From positions 13,516,001-13,580,000 of the forward strand of contig OZ059895.1 in NCBI GenBank assembly GCA_964057225.1: DNA of 64,000 nt, read 5' to 3'. Position numbers and translations under genes: made by a program. The notes below the pieces were generated by a model. It was not told the DNA's origin. It saw only the letters and a list, made by a program, of their open reading frames with translations, and searched no databases. The first letter of the stretch is position 1. The number at the start of each line of letters is the position of its first letter. Source of the DNA: Auanema rhodensis (taxonomy: Eukaryota > Animalia > Nematoda). Shown here piece by piece: positions 1 through 10,433 of this stretch.

Positions 1-263
1 ATACTTTTGAGGGCGTCAGCTGCTAAAAACATACTTTTCCTCCCGAGGCAGGCTCTCGAGCCTGCGCATGGATCAAACTGCATGATTTTTTTTTAAAATC
101 ATTTTTTAAATTATTTTTTAATGTATTTTTAAATGAATTTTTATTATTTATATATTGGTAATTGTATTTGTAAATATTTTAAAAATTATTTCTTTTTAAA
201 TGTTTTTGTAAAATTAATTCGTTCTAAATGTAATTTTAAAATTATTTCTTTTTAAATATATTT
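1..263 (+). mobile_element. Diverged Maverick-type left terminal region (28-bp subterminal repeat, then AT-rich TIR interior); the actual terminus lies upstream of the window
   Basis: 1-38 atacttttgagggcgtcagctgctaaaaacatactttt matches the Maverick terminal repeats at 17940-18000 and is the reverse complement of 10497-10533; it is followed by a gcatgatttttttttaaa AT-rich tract resembling 18089-18400. Confidence 0.65.
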
Positions 264-564
264 CGTTCCATGCGGACGCCTAGTGTATGTAGTTAGTGGG
301 TTAGAGTTAGACTGACTAGAGGACTAATGAATGGCTCCGCCTTACCTCGGTTCTCTAACCGGGAGTTCGCCCCTTAACAAGCCCATGGACGGTTTGTATC
401 TAGTTTAGTTTATCTTGTATATTAGTCATTGTCTTGTAAATGTAGTCTACTCCATTCTTGTATTATTGTAGTGTAATGTTGTTGTATCGTGTATAATAAA
501 TCTATCCCTTCCCTTATCTTATGATATCCTTATGCTCTGTTCCCATACGCTACACTTATGAAAT
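264..564 (+). repeat. Older, diverged LTR of the element-1 family, truncated where element 1 inserted
   Basis: Begins cgttccat and is collinear with 565-865 (shared blocks caagcccatggacggtttgtatcta, gtgtataataaa, ccttatgctctgtt) with many substitutions. Confidence 0.85.
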
Positions 565-930
565 CGTTCCATTCGGAGACTCTATATATGTAACTGCAGG
601 GTTAGAGCCAGACGGACTAGAGGAATGTGGAATGGCACCGCCTTCCCTCATGCCCCTATTCGGGAGTTCACCCCTTTGCAAGCCCATGGACGGTTTGTAT
701 CTAACTTAGTTAATCTTATATATTAGCCTTTGTATTGTAAATGTAGTTTACTTTATCCTTGTGTTATTGTATTGTAATGATATTGTATTGTGTATAATAA
801 ACCTATATATTTCCTTATCTTATGTAATCCTTATGCTCTGTTTCCATACCGCTACACTTATGGAATACTATACGCGTAGTTGAGCAGACTACAATGGTCT
901 GTTCAATATACGTAGGAGCATAATGGAACG
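565..930 (+). repeat. 5' LTR of element 1 (366 bp) with terminal inverted repeat CGTTCCATT...AATGGAACG
   Basis: Direct repeat of 9376 onward; 9-bp perfect terminal IR; immediately followed by the PBS. Confidence 0.92.
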
Positions 931-943
931 TGGAGGTTTCACC
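931..943 (+). promoter_or_regulatory. Primer binding site, tRNA-Gln
   Basis: tggaggtttcacc is complementary to the tRNA-Gln 3' end (GGUGGAACCUCCA) with one G:U; a perfect version is at 11110. Confidence 0.85.
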
Positions 944-1908
944 TCGAACTCATTTTTGTCGCAAAAACTCGCATAAAAAGTCCATATTTTGATATCTAAA
1001 TTAAAACTTCCTTCACGGTTAGCAACATAATGAGGGCGCCAACTTGTATAAGGTGCAGGTACAAGGGATCTCTCTTTTAGAGAGCTAGGACTATATAATT
1101 TTGAAAATTTACCCGCTGTCCCCACTCATAAAACCGTCTGAGTGTCCACCCTTATAATACCGTATCCTGCACCGCTTCTCTTGCATTTTTTTGAGGACGT
1201 TTGGATCGAAATAGGGGACAATTTCACCAAACGGAATTTTGATTTCATTATTATTTGGCAACAAGGAGTTAGAAGGAAATTTTGAAAGCGCACAAAGTTT
1301 AATATTTTATTGTGGTCAGGACTAGAGATTTGAAAGTTAAATTCAGGCGTAAAAGAGCATGCTAATTAAATATTTTTGCGGGAGCCGTTATTCGGTTTTT
1401 ATATTTTTTTTTTGATTGTGAGAATAGACCACACTAGTCCGAAAAATCCTGGCACAAATTTTATTGCCTGTCAGGTCATTTTGGCGAAAGCACATGGGCT
1501 ACGGATGTTTTCTTCTCCGTAGAATGTGTCACCTTCCTCAGCTCATTTTTGTTGCTAACATCATAAGATATTCCCACACACCTACCGTAGTATTCATATT
1601 GTAATATTCTATAAATTAGTAGAATGGTTTAAAGAAAAAATTGCGTTTTATAAACGAGCTTTGGTCTCAGTCCATTAGTAAAATGAGCAATCTTTTTAAA
1701 TATTCTCGGAATCTCATTAGCATGCCAAAATCATTCCGAAAAAGAATCGCCCACGGCTTTTAATAATCAACGTGCACATGAGCCATTTTCCCAAGGCGCA
1801 CGCACTCCTTCTTTATTAATAAGCTCGACCAAAGTTTGTGTTATGAAAAAAAAAAGAGAGAGAGAACAAATGAGTGAAATTAAGTATTTATTATATATAA
1901 AACAATTG

Positions 1909-2442
1909 TTAAAAGCCCCATTTAAAATGCAACTGTCTCACAAATTCTATAGGCTGTGAGATGGGCTCATCGCTAGGCTCTAAATACTGCAAATACACTG
2001 AATCCGCAGAGGTCCTTAGCAATAAGCCCATAGGAGACTGTTCATAAAATAAATAAATTTTAAACAAAATTTTAGACATATAATCATAAAAATCATGAGA
2101 CTTATGCTCATACCAATTCCAAGGGGATGCGACTAGATTTGGGTTTTCATACCAATGCGCGCACAAGTCGGTGAGGCACCATCGCCGGATAGCTGCAACC
2201 TCATCCGCTATTTCCTGCATTAGGGAGAAGTTTACTAATCCCCTTCCCAGATAATGCATCTTTAAATCCTCAATAAACTAAAAATTCTTATTAACATAAC
2301 ATGTTTCTTTGTTTTAACCAACCATCTTAATTATGTCTGGGTGCGGCCTATAAGCTAACACTTCGTCTTGATCATACAAGACGAGGTCAGCGTACAGCTT
2401 CCTCAAGACAAAAGTCATTCCCGATAGACCTTCATAAGCCAT
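1909..2442 (-). CDS. Predicted 2-exon antisense gene (162 aa, unknown function) in the leader of element 1: exons 2442-2323 and 2277-1909
   Basis: ATG at 2442 opens 40 stop-free codons (MAYEGLSG...DIIKM); a 45-nt GT..TTTTTAG phase-0 intron joins them in frame to the 116-aa ORF; AATAAA at 1892-1887; TTTTCAG acceptor upstream at 2519-2513. Confidence 0.6.
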
Positions 2443-3478
2443 TCTTTGATTTATTTTTTTTCAGCTCTACAAATATAAAGATTCTTATGCATAAAAAGGG
2501 GACATAAAACGACTGAAAATCTCTCTCATACTTTCAAGAATTCAATTAGAGTAAAGTATTAAGATTGAGGCTAGAAAGACCGAAGACCAACAAAATTTAT
2601 AATTGATGAACATCTGTGAAAAAGAATAAAGAAAAGAGAATACGGTAGATAGGCGGAGCCAGATCTCAGGCCAAGATTTTAAAACTCTTTCTCATCTAAT
2701 AACGATTCTCGGCGAAAGACGCCACGTCTCAATCTTCAAACGTTTCTTACTTTCCCTATAACCGACCCGAATTTCTTGTCACTCATTCAACTTCAACATC
2801 CCCCATATAACGAAACACTCGCGGTTTTTCCAAACCAAGAGTGATTCCAAAGTGGCACGAAGATACTCTTCGGCCGTCCCTGCTCTATACCCTTCTGAGT
2901 CCAGTGACGACATCGCAGTCGCCAGTCGAACCAGAAGCCGCACTCGACTCCTCAGTGTTCAGATTGAAGAGCCTGAACAAGAGGTAAAACCCAAAGTCGA
3001 GAAAACCTTCATTCCTCGAGAAGGCACGTATTCACCTCCGGACAACACCGAGGAGGACCCTGATTTCTATATTCAGGACTAGAATATTCAAACTTCAGCT
3101 TCAACTCCAAAGGTACACTCTTTTAAAAGTAATAAGAAGATTCAAAAAATTCAAAAACCAAAACAAATAACCTCTAATACTTCACCAGCCACCCCCCACC
3201 TAAACTTATCAACTTTATCAGTTAATACTGATAACGATCTTGCATCTTCTTTTGAACTAACTCTAACACCGCAGGCATTTTCCACTCCGATAGAAAACTC
3301 ACAACTTAATAAAACCTCATCTCTCACTATTCACAAATCACCCTTATCAGTTATCACTGATAAGCTTGATTCGAAAAAGCTTGATTCTAAAAAGATTAAT
3401 AAAAGAAAAACTAATACACCGCGTAGGCGCTCAACCTCTAATAATCCCGTAGAACCAAATCAGGAAATTACCGAAGTT

Positions 3479-6400
3479 TTGCCCTTATCACTAACTACTG
3501 ATAAGTTCAAAAGTAAGAAATCTTTAACAGCTCGCTTAATAAAAGTTTTGAATTTGTCTCCAGGGGAGGTAACAACAGAACAAGTTGATAACTCTCTTCA
3601 CGTATCCTCCAACCCAACCCTTAATAAGTCAGATAGCGCTATACCCAGCTCAAGCGTTTCAATACATTCGACGCCTCAGGCAACGAGTCGAGTTATCAAA
3701 CTCCCAGGGAAGCGGTTCTCCTCAGCCGCCCCTACCATTAGTTATCCAACATCTGGTAACTCGAAAAAGGGAGGTAAGAATTTAACGGCGAGAAGCTCAG
3801 GCAGTAAAGGGATTACGTCATCTCACACATACCCTGAGGATATACCAACCATGACGGAGACACCACGTCTTCCGGGAGCTGGTAAATCTACCATTGCGCA
3901 CGCATTAAGCTCACCTTATTGCCCCATATACGACGGAAGTCGTAACTTTAGAGATTTTGTGGCAAAGTTTAATACCTTTTCTAACGCCTTAGGCTTAGTG
4001 ATGCCCGAAAGACTAACTATTTTACCATTACTATTGAAAAATGATAGAGCAGAGGAAGCTTATTTAGAGCTACCTGACAAGGTCAGAACAGCTGGACCTT
4101 GGGTTACCCTAATAGAAGAGTTAACATCCAAGCTGTGTCCCGAATACAATCAAGACCCAGCCCTTATCACACTTCAAAACAGCACTCAAGGCGATTTATC
4201 AATTGATGGTTTTGCACAAACGTTAAGAAACCTCAGCTTAAATGCTTTCTCTAATAGTGATACTCATAAAGATCACATTCTGAAGTCCACATTTTTGAGA
4301 GGCTTGAAAAATACGATACGCCCAGAGGTAATTCGAGCAAAACCCAAAACTTTTGCTGAGGCTGTTGATAGTGCTCGCTGGGAGGAGTCAATTGCAAACC
4401 AAGTAGCAGACCCTCAGGCGCTATTGGTTAACGCAATTGAAAGAACTTTCCCCCCGCGCAGAAACAATGGTGGGAGAGGTATGGCAAGAGGTTATCAATC
4501 TTTTAATAATAAAAATTATCAAAATTATAATAATTATAACAATTATCATCCAAACTTTCAAAACCATCAAAATTATCATAAATTTTCAAAAAATCAAAAA
4601 GGCTGGAATTTCCAAAACCCATTTGCTAGGAACCGCAATTTTGGTGACCGCGGTCGAAATTATCAGAATCAAAATCAAAATGGGTATCAAAGAAGCCACA
4701 ATGCATCACAAAATCAAGAAATGAGCAATAATAGACAGAGAAATAACAGTACCTTTAGGGGAAATAACAACAATAGAGGCAGAGGTAGAGGCTCAAGAGT
4801 CAATAATTTGACTCTGATATCTCCTTTGACTTTAGCCGTAGCTTTATCAGTAATCTTATCACTGGTTACAACAGCTGAAGCATACCAGCTATGTACTAAA
4901 GCTACTGGAGGAGCCCTTCTCCGTCCCCCATCTCTCCGAAAATGCTTATTACCACCAATAAAGCATATCTTACGAACGAAAGTTCATCTTTATACAAGGA
5001 ATCAAACGGCACATGAATGGGATGCATGGAGGTGCTCCAAAGAAATTCATAAAATGTGTATCAGAGACCTTTTGTTCCTTAGAGATACCAATACAACGAT
5101 AGCGAGAATTGAAAAGATACCAGCTGCAGAATGCAGACTGGCAGTGAGAGATAGAAGATGGAATTGGAGTGAATTAAAGAAGATCGACAGCATAACATAT
5201 GCAACTGACGAGCCTTCCTTCTCGCCAGGCCGATCTTTTAATAATGAACTATGTAAAGAGAAAGCCAGATTGGTTATCGAAAGAGGGGTTATGACACGGA
5301 TGCCAGATGAAACAATAATCTCCAATTTAATACTAAATACTGAAGGATGCTTAGCGCATCATGGAGAATGTGCATCAGATACCTCCATCATCATATGGGA
5401 GAAACAGCCTTATGAATATCGATGCAACTATATCGACATGAGTGAATATGATGCGATAATTGGAGACGGCATTATTCTGTTACCAACCACTCAATCAGCC
5501 CTTGTAATCGATCAAAAAGAGATACCGAAGCAATTATCTTCTTGTTTTAAACAGCCAATCTTCCACACCACAACTGGCAATTACATTCTCTTACCACAGT
5601 ACCCAAATGACACCAATATCCATGTTTTAATAGAGAGAGAATATAAGAAACTTCCGGCGAAAAGAGATAAAAGAGCAATTGCGGAATGCACGGTTGAATT
5701 AAACAAGGAATGGATACAAAAACAGGAAGATTTTGAAACTTTAATATTAAGCATTTGTCCTTATCCTTTCTTACGACCGGTGATGAGTAATCCTGGTATT
5801 TATCAGATAATACCGCTTATAAAGGCCAGACGAGCTGTCAACCCTTCGTATTCAATTATTGATTGGGTTTCAGCACATCCCGAGAAGTTTTATTTCTTCT
5901 TAAGAAGTCCCGTATCTGATAAATCCATACAACGTTTCCTTCAAACATACGAAAAACACGACCCTGAGGAAGCAATACTTTATTTTCTTGCGCAAAAGGA
6001 ACTGGCAGCAACCACTCGCGGCGCTATACGGTATTTAACCTCACAACAATTATTAGAACAGATAGGTGACAGATTAACAGCACACGAATTTGACGAAAAA
6101 CTACTAGAAAAGGACGGATCCTACCGTGAAAGAGCCGAAAGCATAGCGATGGAGCTAGCTTATACACCGGTAATATTTGAAAACAATCTGTCGGTACCAT
6201 CAAGGCAAGAGGTTTTAAAATCCTTTGTGAACATGCCGCCTACGAGGCCCAATTTAACGACTGATAGTGAGGAGGAGAGAAGAGTACTTGAAAACACTCT
6301 CGACTTATATCACAACATACTCAAACTACGCGTGGCTAGACCAAATAGAATGGGCCTTTGTGGAGCCCCTCATACCTTTCAAACAACAGTAAGGTATTTG

Positions 6401-8566
6401 CAAAGTAAATGTTCTTGTAAACTATTTGTTTATTTGGACGATCTATTAGTTATATCTGATACAAGAGAACAACATCTCAAAGATATCGATGATTTACTGC
6501 AAGCAGTAGAAGAATTGGGAATGAAGATAAAGCTTAAGAAATGCGCTTTTGCTCAACCAGAAGTGAAATTTCTAGGACTTATTGTAGGACGTCAAGGTAT
6601 AAAACCTGACCCTCAAAAAGTCGCCGCCATACAAGATTATCCGGCACCAAAGAATGCAACAGGTGTACGAGCATTCTTGGGAATGGTTGGATTCTTTCGC
6701 AAATTCATAAAGAAGCATAAAGAACATAAAGAAGCTTTAGACCTCCTTAAAAGAAGTTTAATACAGGCACCCGTTTTAAACCCACCTAAATCGGACCGCT
6801 TGTTTATAGTTGAAAGCGACGGTAGTAACATCGCCATAGGTGCTGTATTATTACAACCGGAAGATCCAAAACAACCTCTGAAAAATCTACACCCTATCGC
6901 ATTTGCAAGCAGAAAACTAGTTAAAGCCGAACGTAACTACGCACCAATCGAGATAGAAGCATTAGGCCTTGTATATGCATTAAATCAATTCCGTACATAC
7001 ATTCTTGGAACTCATACTATATGTATTACGGACCATCGACCCCTTACCAGCTTAATGACACGCAGAGACTTATTTGGTCGTCTTGCGAAGTTCCAGCTGG
7101 TCATCCAAGAATATGATATTGAAATAAAATATCGCGCAGGCCAATTAAATAAAGTGTGCGATGCTCTATCTCGATATATAGGTGAAGAAGCTAACGATGC
7201 TAAGCCGGAAACAAAGAAGAAGAAAATGGAAGAAATTCACATTAACGCCATAAATACACCAACAATAAAGGAAATTCAACTAAACACCCCTTGGATTAAA
7301 CGGACGATAGCGGAGATTGAATATAGAGCACAAAAGAACATGACAGCTAATGACAGATATTGTGTCATAAATGACTTGCTCTATACAAAACCAACAGACA
7401 AAAAGCCACAACCCGCTATCGTAATACCACAAGAACACCCCATAATTGAGAAAATAATCAAAGTTTTTCATGAGGATCCTACAATTGCAGCACATCAAGG
7501 AATTATTAAAACAAAAGAAGCAATTCTAAGAAGATTCTATTGGACAAATATGCAGAACGACATTACTATATTCATCAAGAACTGCATTAAATGTGCTCAA
7601 AGAAAAAAAGATCCACATTCCATGACGGTACAACCAATAGGTCATTTTGAGATACCAAGCAAGCCATTTGAACGAGTCCACATGATCGTAATGGGACCAT
7701 TTCCCCCTTCAAAAAGAAACTGTACCTACATCATTACCATGCAAGACGCATTTACAAAATGGTCAACAACAATTGCTGTACCACAAATAACAACGGAAAT
7801 CACAATTGACCGATTTCTAAGACATTTCGTTTACATTTTTGGACCACCCCATCGCTTGATCACCGATAGAGGTTCGAACTTTGTATCCAAAAAGTTCGAA
7901 GAAATGTGTACTAAACTTGGAATCAAACATGAACCAACACTACCACACCAAAAGAACTCAAATGGACAAGTGGAAAGACTTCACAGAACCCTCGAAGAAG
8001 GATTAACCCACTACTTAAAAGAGGACCTTAGTGACTGGGATACTGTATTACCAAAAATCACTTTTGCTATCAACAATATTCAGCACGCGACTACAGGGAT
8101 TGCGCCATACATTGCATTATTTGGTAAAGAATGCAAAATGTCAATGGACGCTGAATTACCAGAAACGATCACCAAAATTCAAGAAATTTCTGAAGAATTA
8201 CTCCAAAGAAGACCAGATATGGACAAGAGAGACGAAATAATAAAGAACCGCATAGCTAAAAATCAAGAAAATGCGAAAAAGAAGAAGGATAGAACGCAAA
8301 GAGCATACCATAGAGACATTCAACCGGGCGACATGGTGATGACGCCCATAAAATCACACCAAATCGGCGAAAAGCTTCGGAAAAGCTATGATGGACCATA
8401 CGAAGTCATCACCGTACAAGGATCAAAAGTTCAAATCAGAAATTCATCAGGAAAACTACAAGATATCCACAAAGATAACTCGAAAATCTTCTCTCCTGCT
8501 TCTCTTACTCTTAATCTCTTACAACACTCGCGCAAGACTTCGAGAAAGTCAAGCAGAAGAAGATAG
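3479..8566 (+). CDS. Gag-Env(N-half)-RT(C-half)-RNase H-integrase polyprotein with in-frame deletions; first ATG is at 3851
   Basis: Gag CA-like PxYDGS...FLRGL...P.TF.EA; N/Q/R-rich NC-like region; signal peptide ~4808-4882; Cys-rich Env; RDKR furin site at 5663-5674; YLDD; RNase H ESDGS/EAL/TDH; IN HHCC, TDRG, VER, GPY. Confidence 0.9.
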   Translation: MPLSLTTDKFKSKKSLTARLIKVLNLSPGEVTTEQVDNSLHVSSNPTLNKSDSAIPSSSVSIHSTPQATSRVIKLPGKRFSSAAPTISYPTSGNSKKGGKNLTARSSGSKGITSSHTYPEDIPTMTETPRLPGAGKSTIAHALSSPYCPIYDGSRNFRDFVAKFNTFSNALGLVMPERLTILPLLLKNDRAEEAYLELPDKVRTAGPWVTLIEELTSKLCPEYNQDPALITLQNSTQGDLSIDGFAQTLRNLSLNAFSNSDTHKDHILKSTFLRGLKNTIRPEVIRAKPKTFAEAVDSARWEESIANQVADPQALLVNAIERTFPPRRNNGGRGMARGYQSFNNKNYQNYNNYNNYHPNFQNHQNYHKFSKNQKGWNFQNPFARNRNFGDRGRNYQNQNQNGYQRSHNASQNQEMSNNRQRNNSTFRGNNNNRGRGRGSRVNNLTLISPLTLAVALSVILSLVTTAEAYQLCTKATGGALLRPPSLRKCLLPPIKHILRTKVHLYTRNQTAHEWDAWRCSKEIHKMCIRDLLFLRDTNTTIARIEKIPAAECRLAVRDRRWNWSELKKIDSITYATDEPSFSPGRSFNNELCKEKARLVIERGVMTRMPDETIISNLILNTEGCLAHHGECASDTSIIIWEKQPYEYRCNYIDMSEYDAIIGDGIILLPTTQSALVIDQKEIPKQLSSCFKQPIFHTTTGNYILLPQYPNDTNIHVLIEREYKKLPAKRDKRAIAECTVELNKEWIQKQEDFETLILSICPYPFLRPVMSNPGIYQIIPLIKARRAVNPSYSIIDWVSAHPEKFYFFLRSPVSDKSIQRFLQTYEKHDPEEAILYFLAQKELAATTRGAIRYLTSQQLLEQIGDRLTAHEFDEKLLEKDGSYRERAESIAMELAYTPVIFENNLSVPSRQEVLKSFVNMPPTRPNLTTDSEEERRVLENTLDLYHNILKLRVARPNRMGLCGAPHTFQTTVRYLQSKCSCKLFVYLDDLLVISDTREQHLKDIDDLLQAVEELGMKIKLKKCAFAQPEVKFLGLIVGRQGIKPDPQKVAAIQDYPAPKNATGVRAFLGMVGFFRKFIKKHKEHKEALDLLKRSLIQAPVLNPPKSDRLFIVESDGSNIAIGAVLLQPEDPKQPLKNLHPIAFASRKLVKAERNYAPIEIEALGLVYALNQFRTYILGTHTICITDHRPLTSLMTRRDLFGRLAKFQLVIQEYDIEIKYRAGQLNKVCDALSRYIGEEANDAKPETKKKKMEEIHINAINTPTIKEIQLNTPWIKRTIAEIEYRAQKNMTANDRYCVINDLLYTKPTDKKPQPAIVIPQEHPIIEKIIKVFHEDPTIAAHQGIIKTKEAILRRFYWTNMQNDITIFIKNCIKCAQRKKDPHSMTVQPIGHFEIPSKPFERVHMIVMGPFPPSKRNCTYIITMQDAFTKWSTTIAVPQITTEITIDRFLRHFVYIFGPPHRLITDRGSNFVSKKFEEMCTKLGIKHEPTLPHQKNSNGQVERLHRTLEEGLTHYLKEDLSDWDTVLPKITFAINNIQHATTGIAPYIALFGKECKMSMDAELPETITKIQEISEELLQRRPDMDKRDEIIKNRIAKNQENAKKKKDRTQRAYHRDIQPGDMVMTPIKSHQIGEKLRKSYDGPYEVITVQGSKVQIRNSSGKLQDIHKDNSKIFSPASLTLNLLQHSRKTSRKSSRRR

Positions 8567-9364
8567 CGACATCGAAATAATAAAAGTGATCAACAGGAAC
8601 AACAAGGATAGCATAGATACAGAGCCAGAAGATGAAAATGAAGACGAAATATGGCTTCCGAGGAATGAAGAAGAATAACAACAAGATAATGCTACATTAT
8701 TTTAATTATTGTAACAAAATAACGATGAATTAGAAAAAAAAAATTAATGCTAAATAACATTCAAAATAAAAATAGCATTTAATAGAGAGTGAGAAAGGAA
8801 AAATAAGGCAAATTCTAAACGAGGAGATGTTATGACTAATGGTTCCAAGTTACCGTAATCCTATGCGGACTAGAGGACATTTTGACAACCATCTGAGCTC
8901 CATGTGCCTCCCCAAATAAGATGAGATAAACACTGGTAGGCGTATAAACCACAATTTCATCTTAAGTGGTAGTCTCCATTAGTAATCAAGGATTCACTCT
9001 GGGAGCCATATGGAGACACATTATTAAATCATAATCTCGGTTCAATTTAGAAATGAGTACTTCTTGAGACCATTAGTCAAAATAATAACATATTCTCATT
9101 CATTACTAGCCCCTTATTCTACAATCTCTATTAAGAAATGCGTGAATATTAAGATAATTAATTTATGAAATTAATAATATTCTAATTCATCGTCACTTCA
9201 TATTATATTGAACCCTTCTTATAAATTATTGTAAATTTGTTTTATACTAATTAAAACTCTATCATACTATAGTTATTGTGAAGCTAAAACATTTAAACGT
9301 TAAAACTCAGTTACATATAAGCCCAAACTTTTGTTTAAAATATCGCGAGGTCGCGACAATCTTT

Positions 9365-9375
9365 GAAAAAGGGCA
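9365..9375 (+). promoter_or_regulatory. Polypurine tract of element 1
   Basis: gaaaaagggca directly before the 3' LTR start cgttcc at 9376. Confidence 0.7.
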
Positions 9376-10433
9376 CGTTCCATTCGGAGACTCTATATAT
9401 GTAACTGCAGGGTTAGAGCCAGACGGACTAGAGGAATGTGGAATGGCACCGCCTTCCCTCATGCCCCTATTCGGGAGTTCACCCCTTTGCAAGCCCATGG
9501 ACGGTTTGTATCTAACTTAGTTAATCTTATATATTAGTCTTTGTATTGTAAATGTAGTTTACTTTATCCTTGTGTTATTGTATTGTAATGATATTGTATT
9601 GTGTATAATAAACCTATATACAGTCCTGTGCAAAAAACCTCGGACAAAAATATCTTAGAGGCCCCAGAAACCCCTTCAAACTACAAAAAAAAAATTTTTT
9701 TTTTATTTCATAAGTTTTGTAAAGTCACATAGTATATATTCAGTCAAAATATATGTTAATATAATAGAAACTGATTTCAATAATATTTCTAAATTTATAA
9801 GGAAAAATAGTGTTTTTTGATTATTTTGAATAATTCTTCTTAATATAACAAAATTTGAGATTAGGAACATGTTAATTCATTAAAAATATTTTTAAATGAT
9901 TCTGAGCACAAAGCTCGATCAATAACTATGTTTTTCCTATGGCATAGCTTCAAACAAGTAAGCTTCAGCATCTGAATCTTACTGAATATCTATGAAGATA
10001 ACTTGGTTAACATACAACCAAATTCTCCTGTTTAAAAGAAAAATAGACGTTTAGTGTACTCCTAACATTCTATCAAAAGATTATTTCTGAAGTTTAGATG
10101 AAACTCATGAAATTCATGAAAGAAGACTTCTAGCAGTTTATGAAAATTTCGGAGACTCCAAAAAATACTTTTAAACATGATTTTTAAAACTTTAAAGATT
10201 TTTTCTGAATTCATTATCGTTTTTTAACACTCAAAATGTATTTTTTTTGATTTTTTGTAGTTTGTCTGAGAAGGTATAAGGGATTCTAAAAGTTGTCCGA
10301 GGTTTTTTGCACATGACTGTATTTCCTTATCTTATGTAATCCTTATGCTCTGTTTCCATACCGCTACACTTATGGAATACTATACGCGTAGTTGAGCAGA
10401 CTACAATGGTCTGTTCAATATACGCAGGAGCAT
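9376..10433 (+). repeat. 3' LTR of element 1, interrupted by a MITE and missing its last 9 bp
   Basis: Matches 565-921 with only two substitutions that I could see, once 9621-10321 is removed. Confidence 0.92.
9621..10319. mobile_element. Non-autonomous Tc1/mariner-type element (699 bp)
   Basis: 27-bp TIRs cagtc(c/a)tgtgcaaaaaacctcggacaa with one mismatch, TA target duplication, absent from the 5' LTR, no transposase ORF. Confidence 0.92.

Larger units (their letters stand above)
565..10433 (+). mobile_element. Ty3/gypsy LTR retroelement 1 (gag-env-pol order, internally deleted, non-autonomous)
   Basis: Near-identical LTRs at 565-930 and 9376-10433, PBS at 931, purine tract 9365-9375, 1695-aa ORF with Gag, Env N-half, partial RT, RNase H and IN. 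Confidence 0.93.

Noticed and set aside
521-709. 62-aa ORF repeated at 9278-9520
   Set aside because: Lies in the LTRs and crosses their boundaries with different N-termini; a by-product of the repeat
3866-3895. LPGAGKST in Gag looks like a Walker A motif
   Set aside because: Lacks the first Gly of GxxxxGKS, has no Walker B or NTPase context, and is not conserved in element 2
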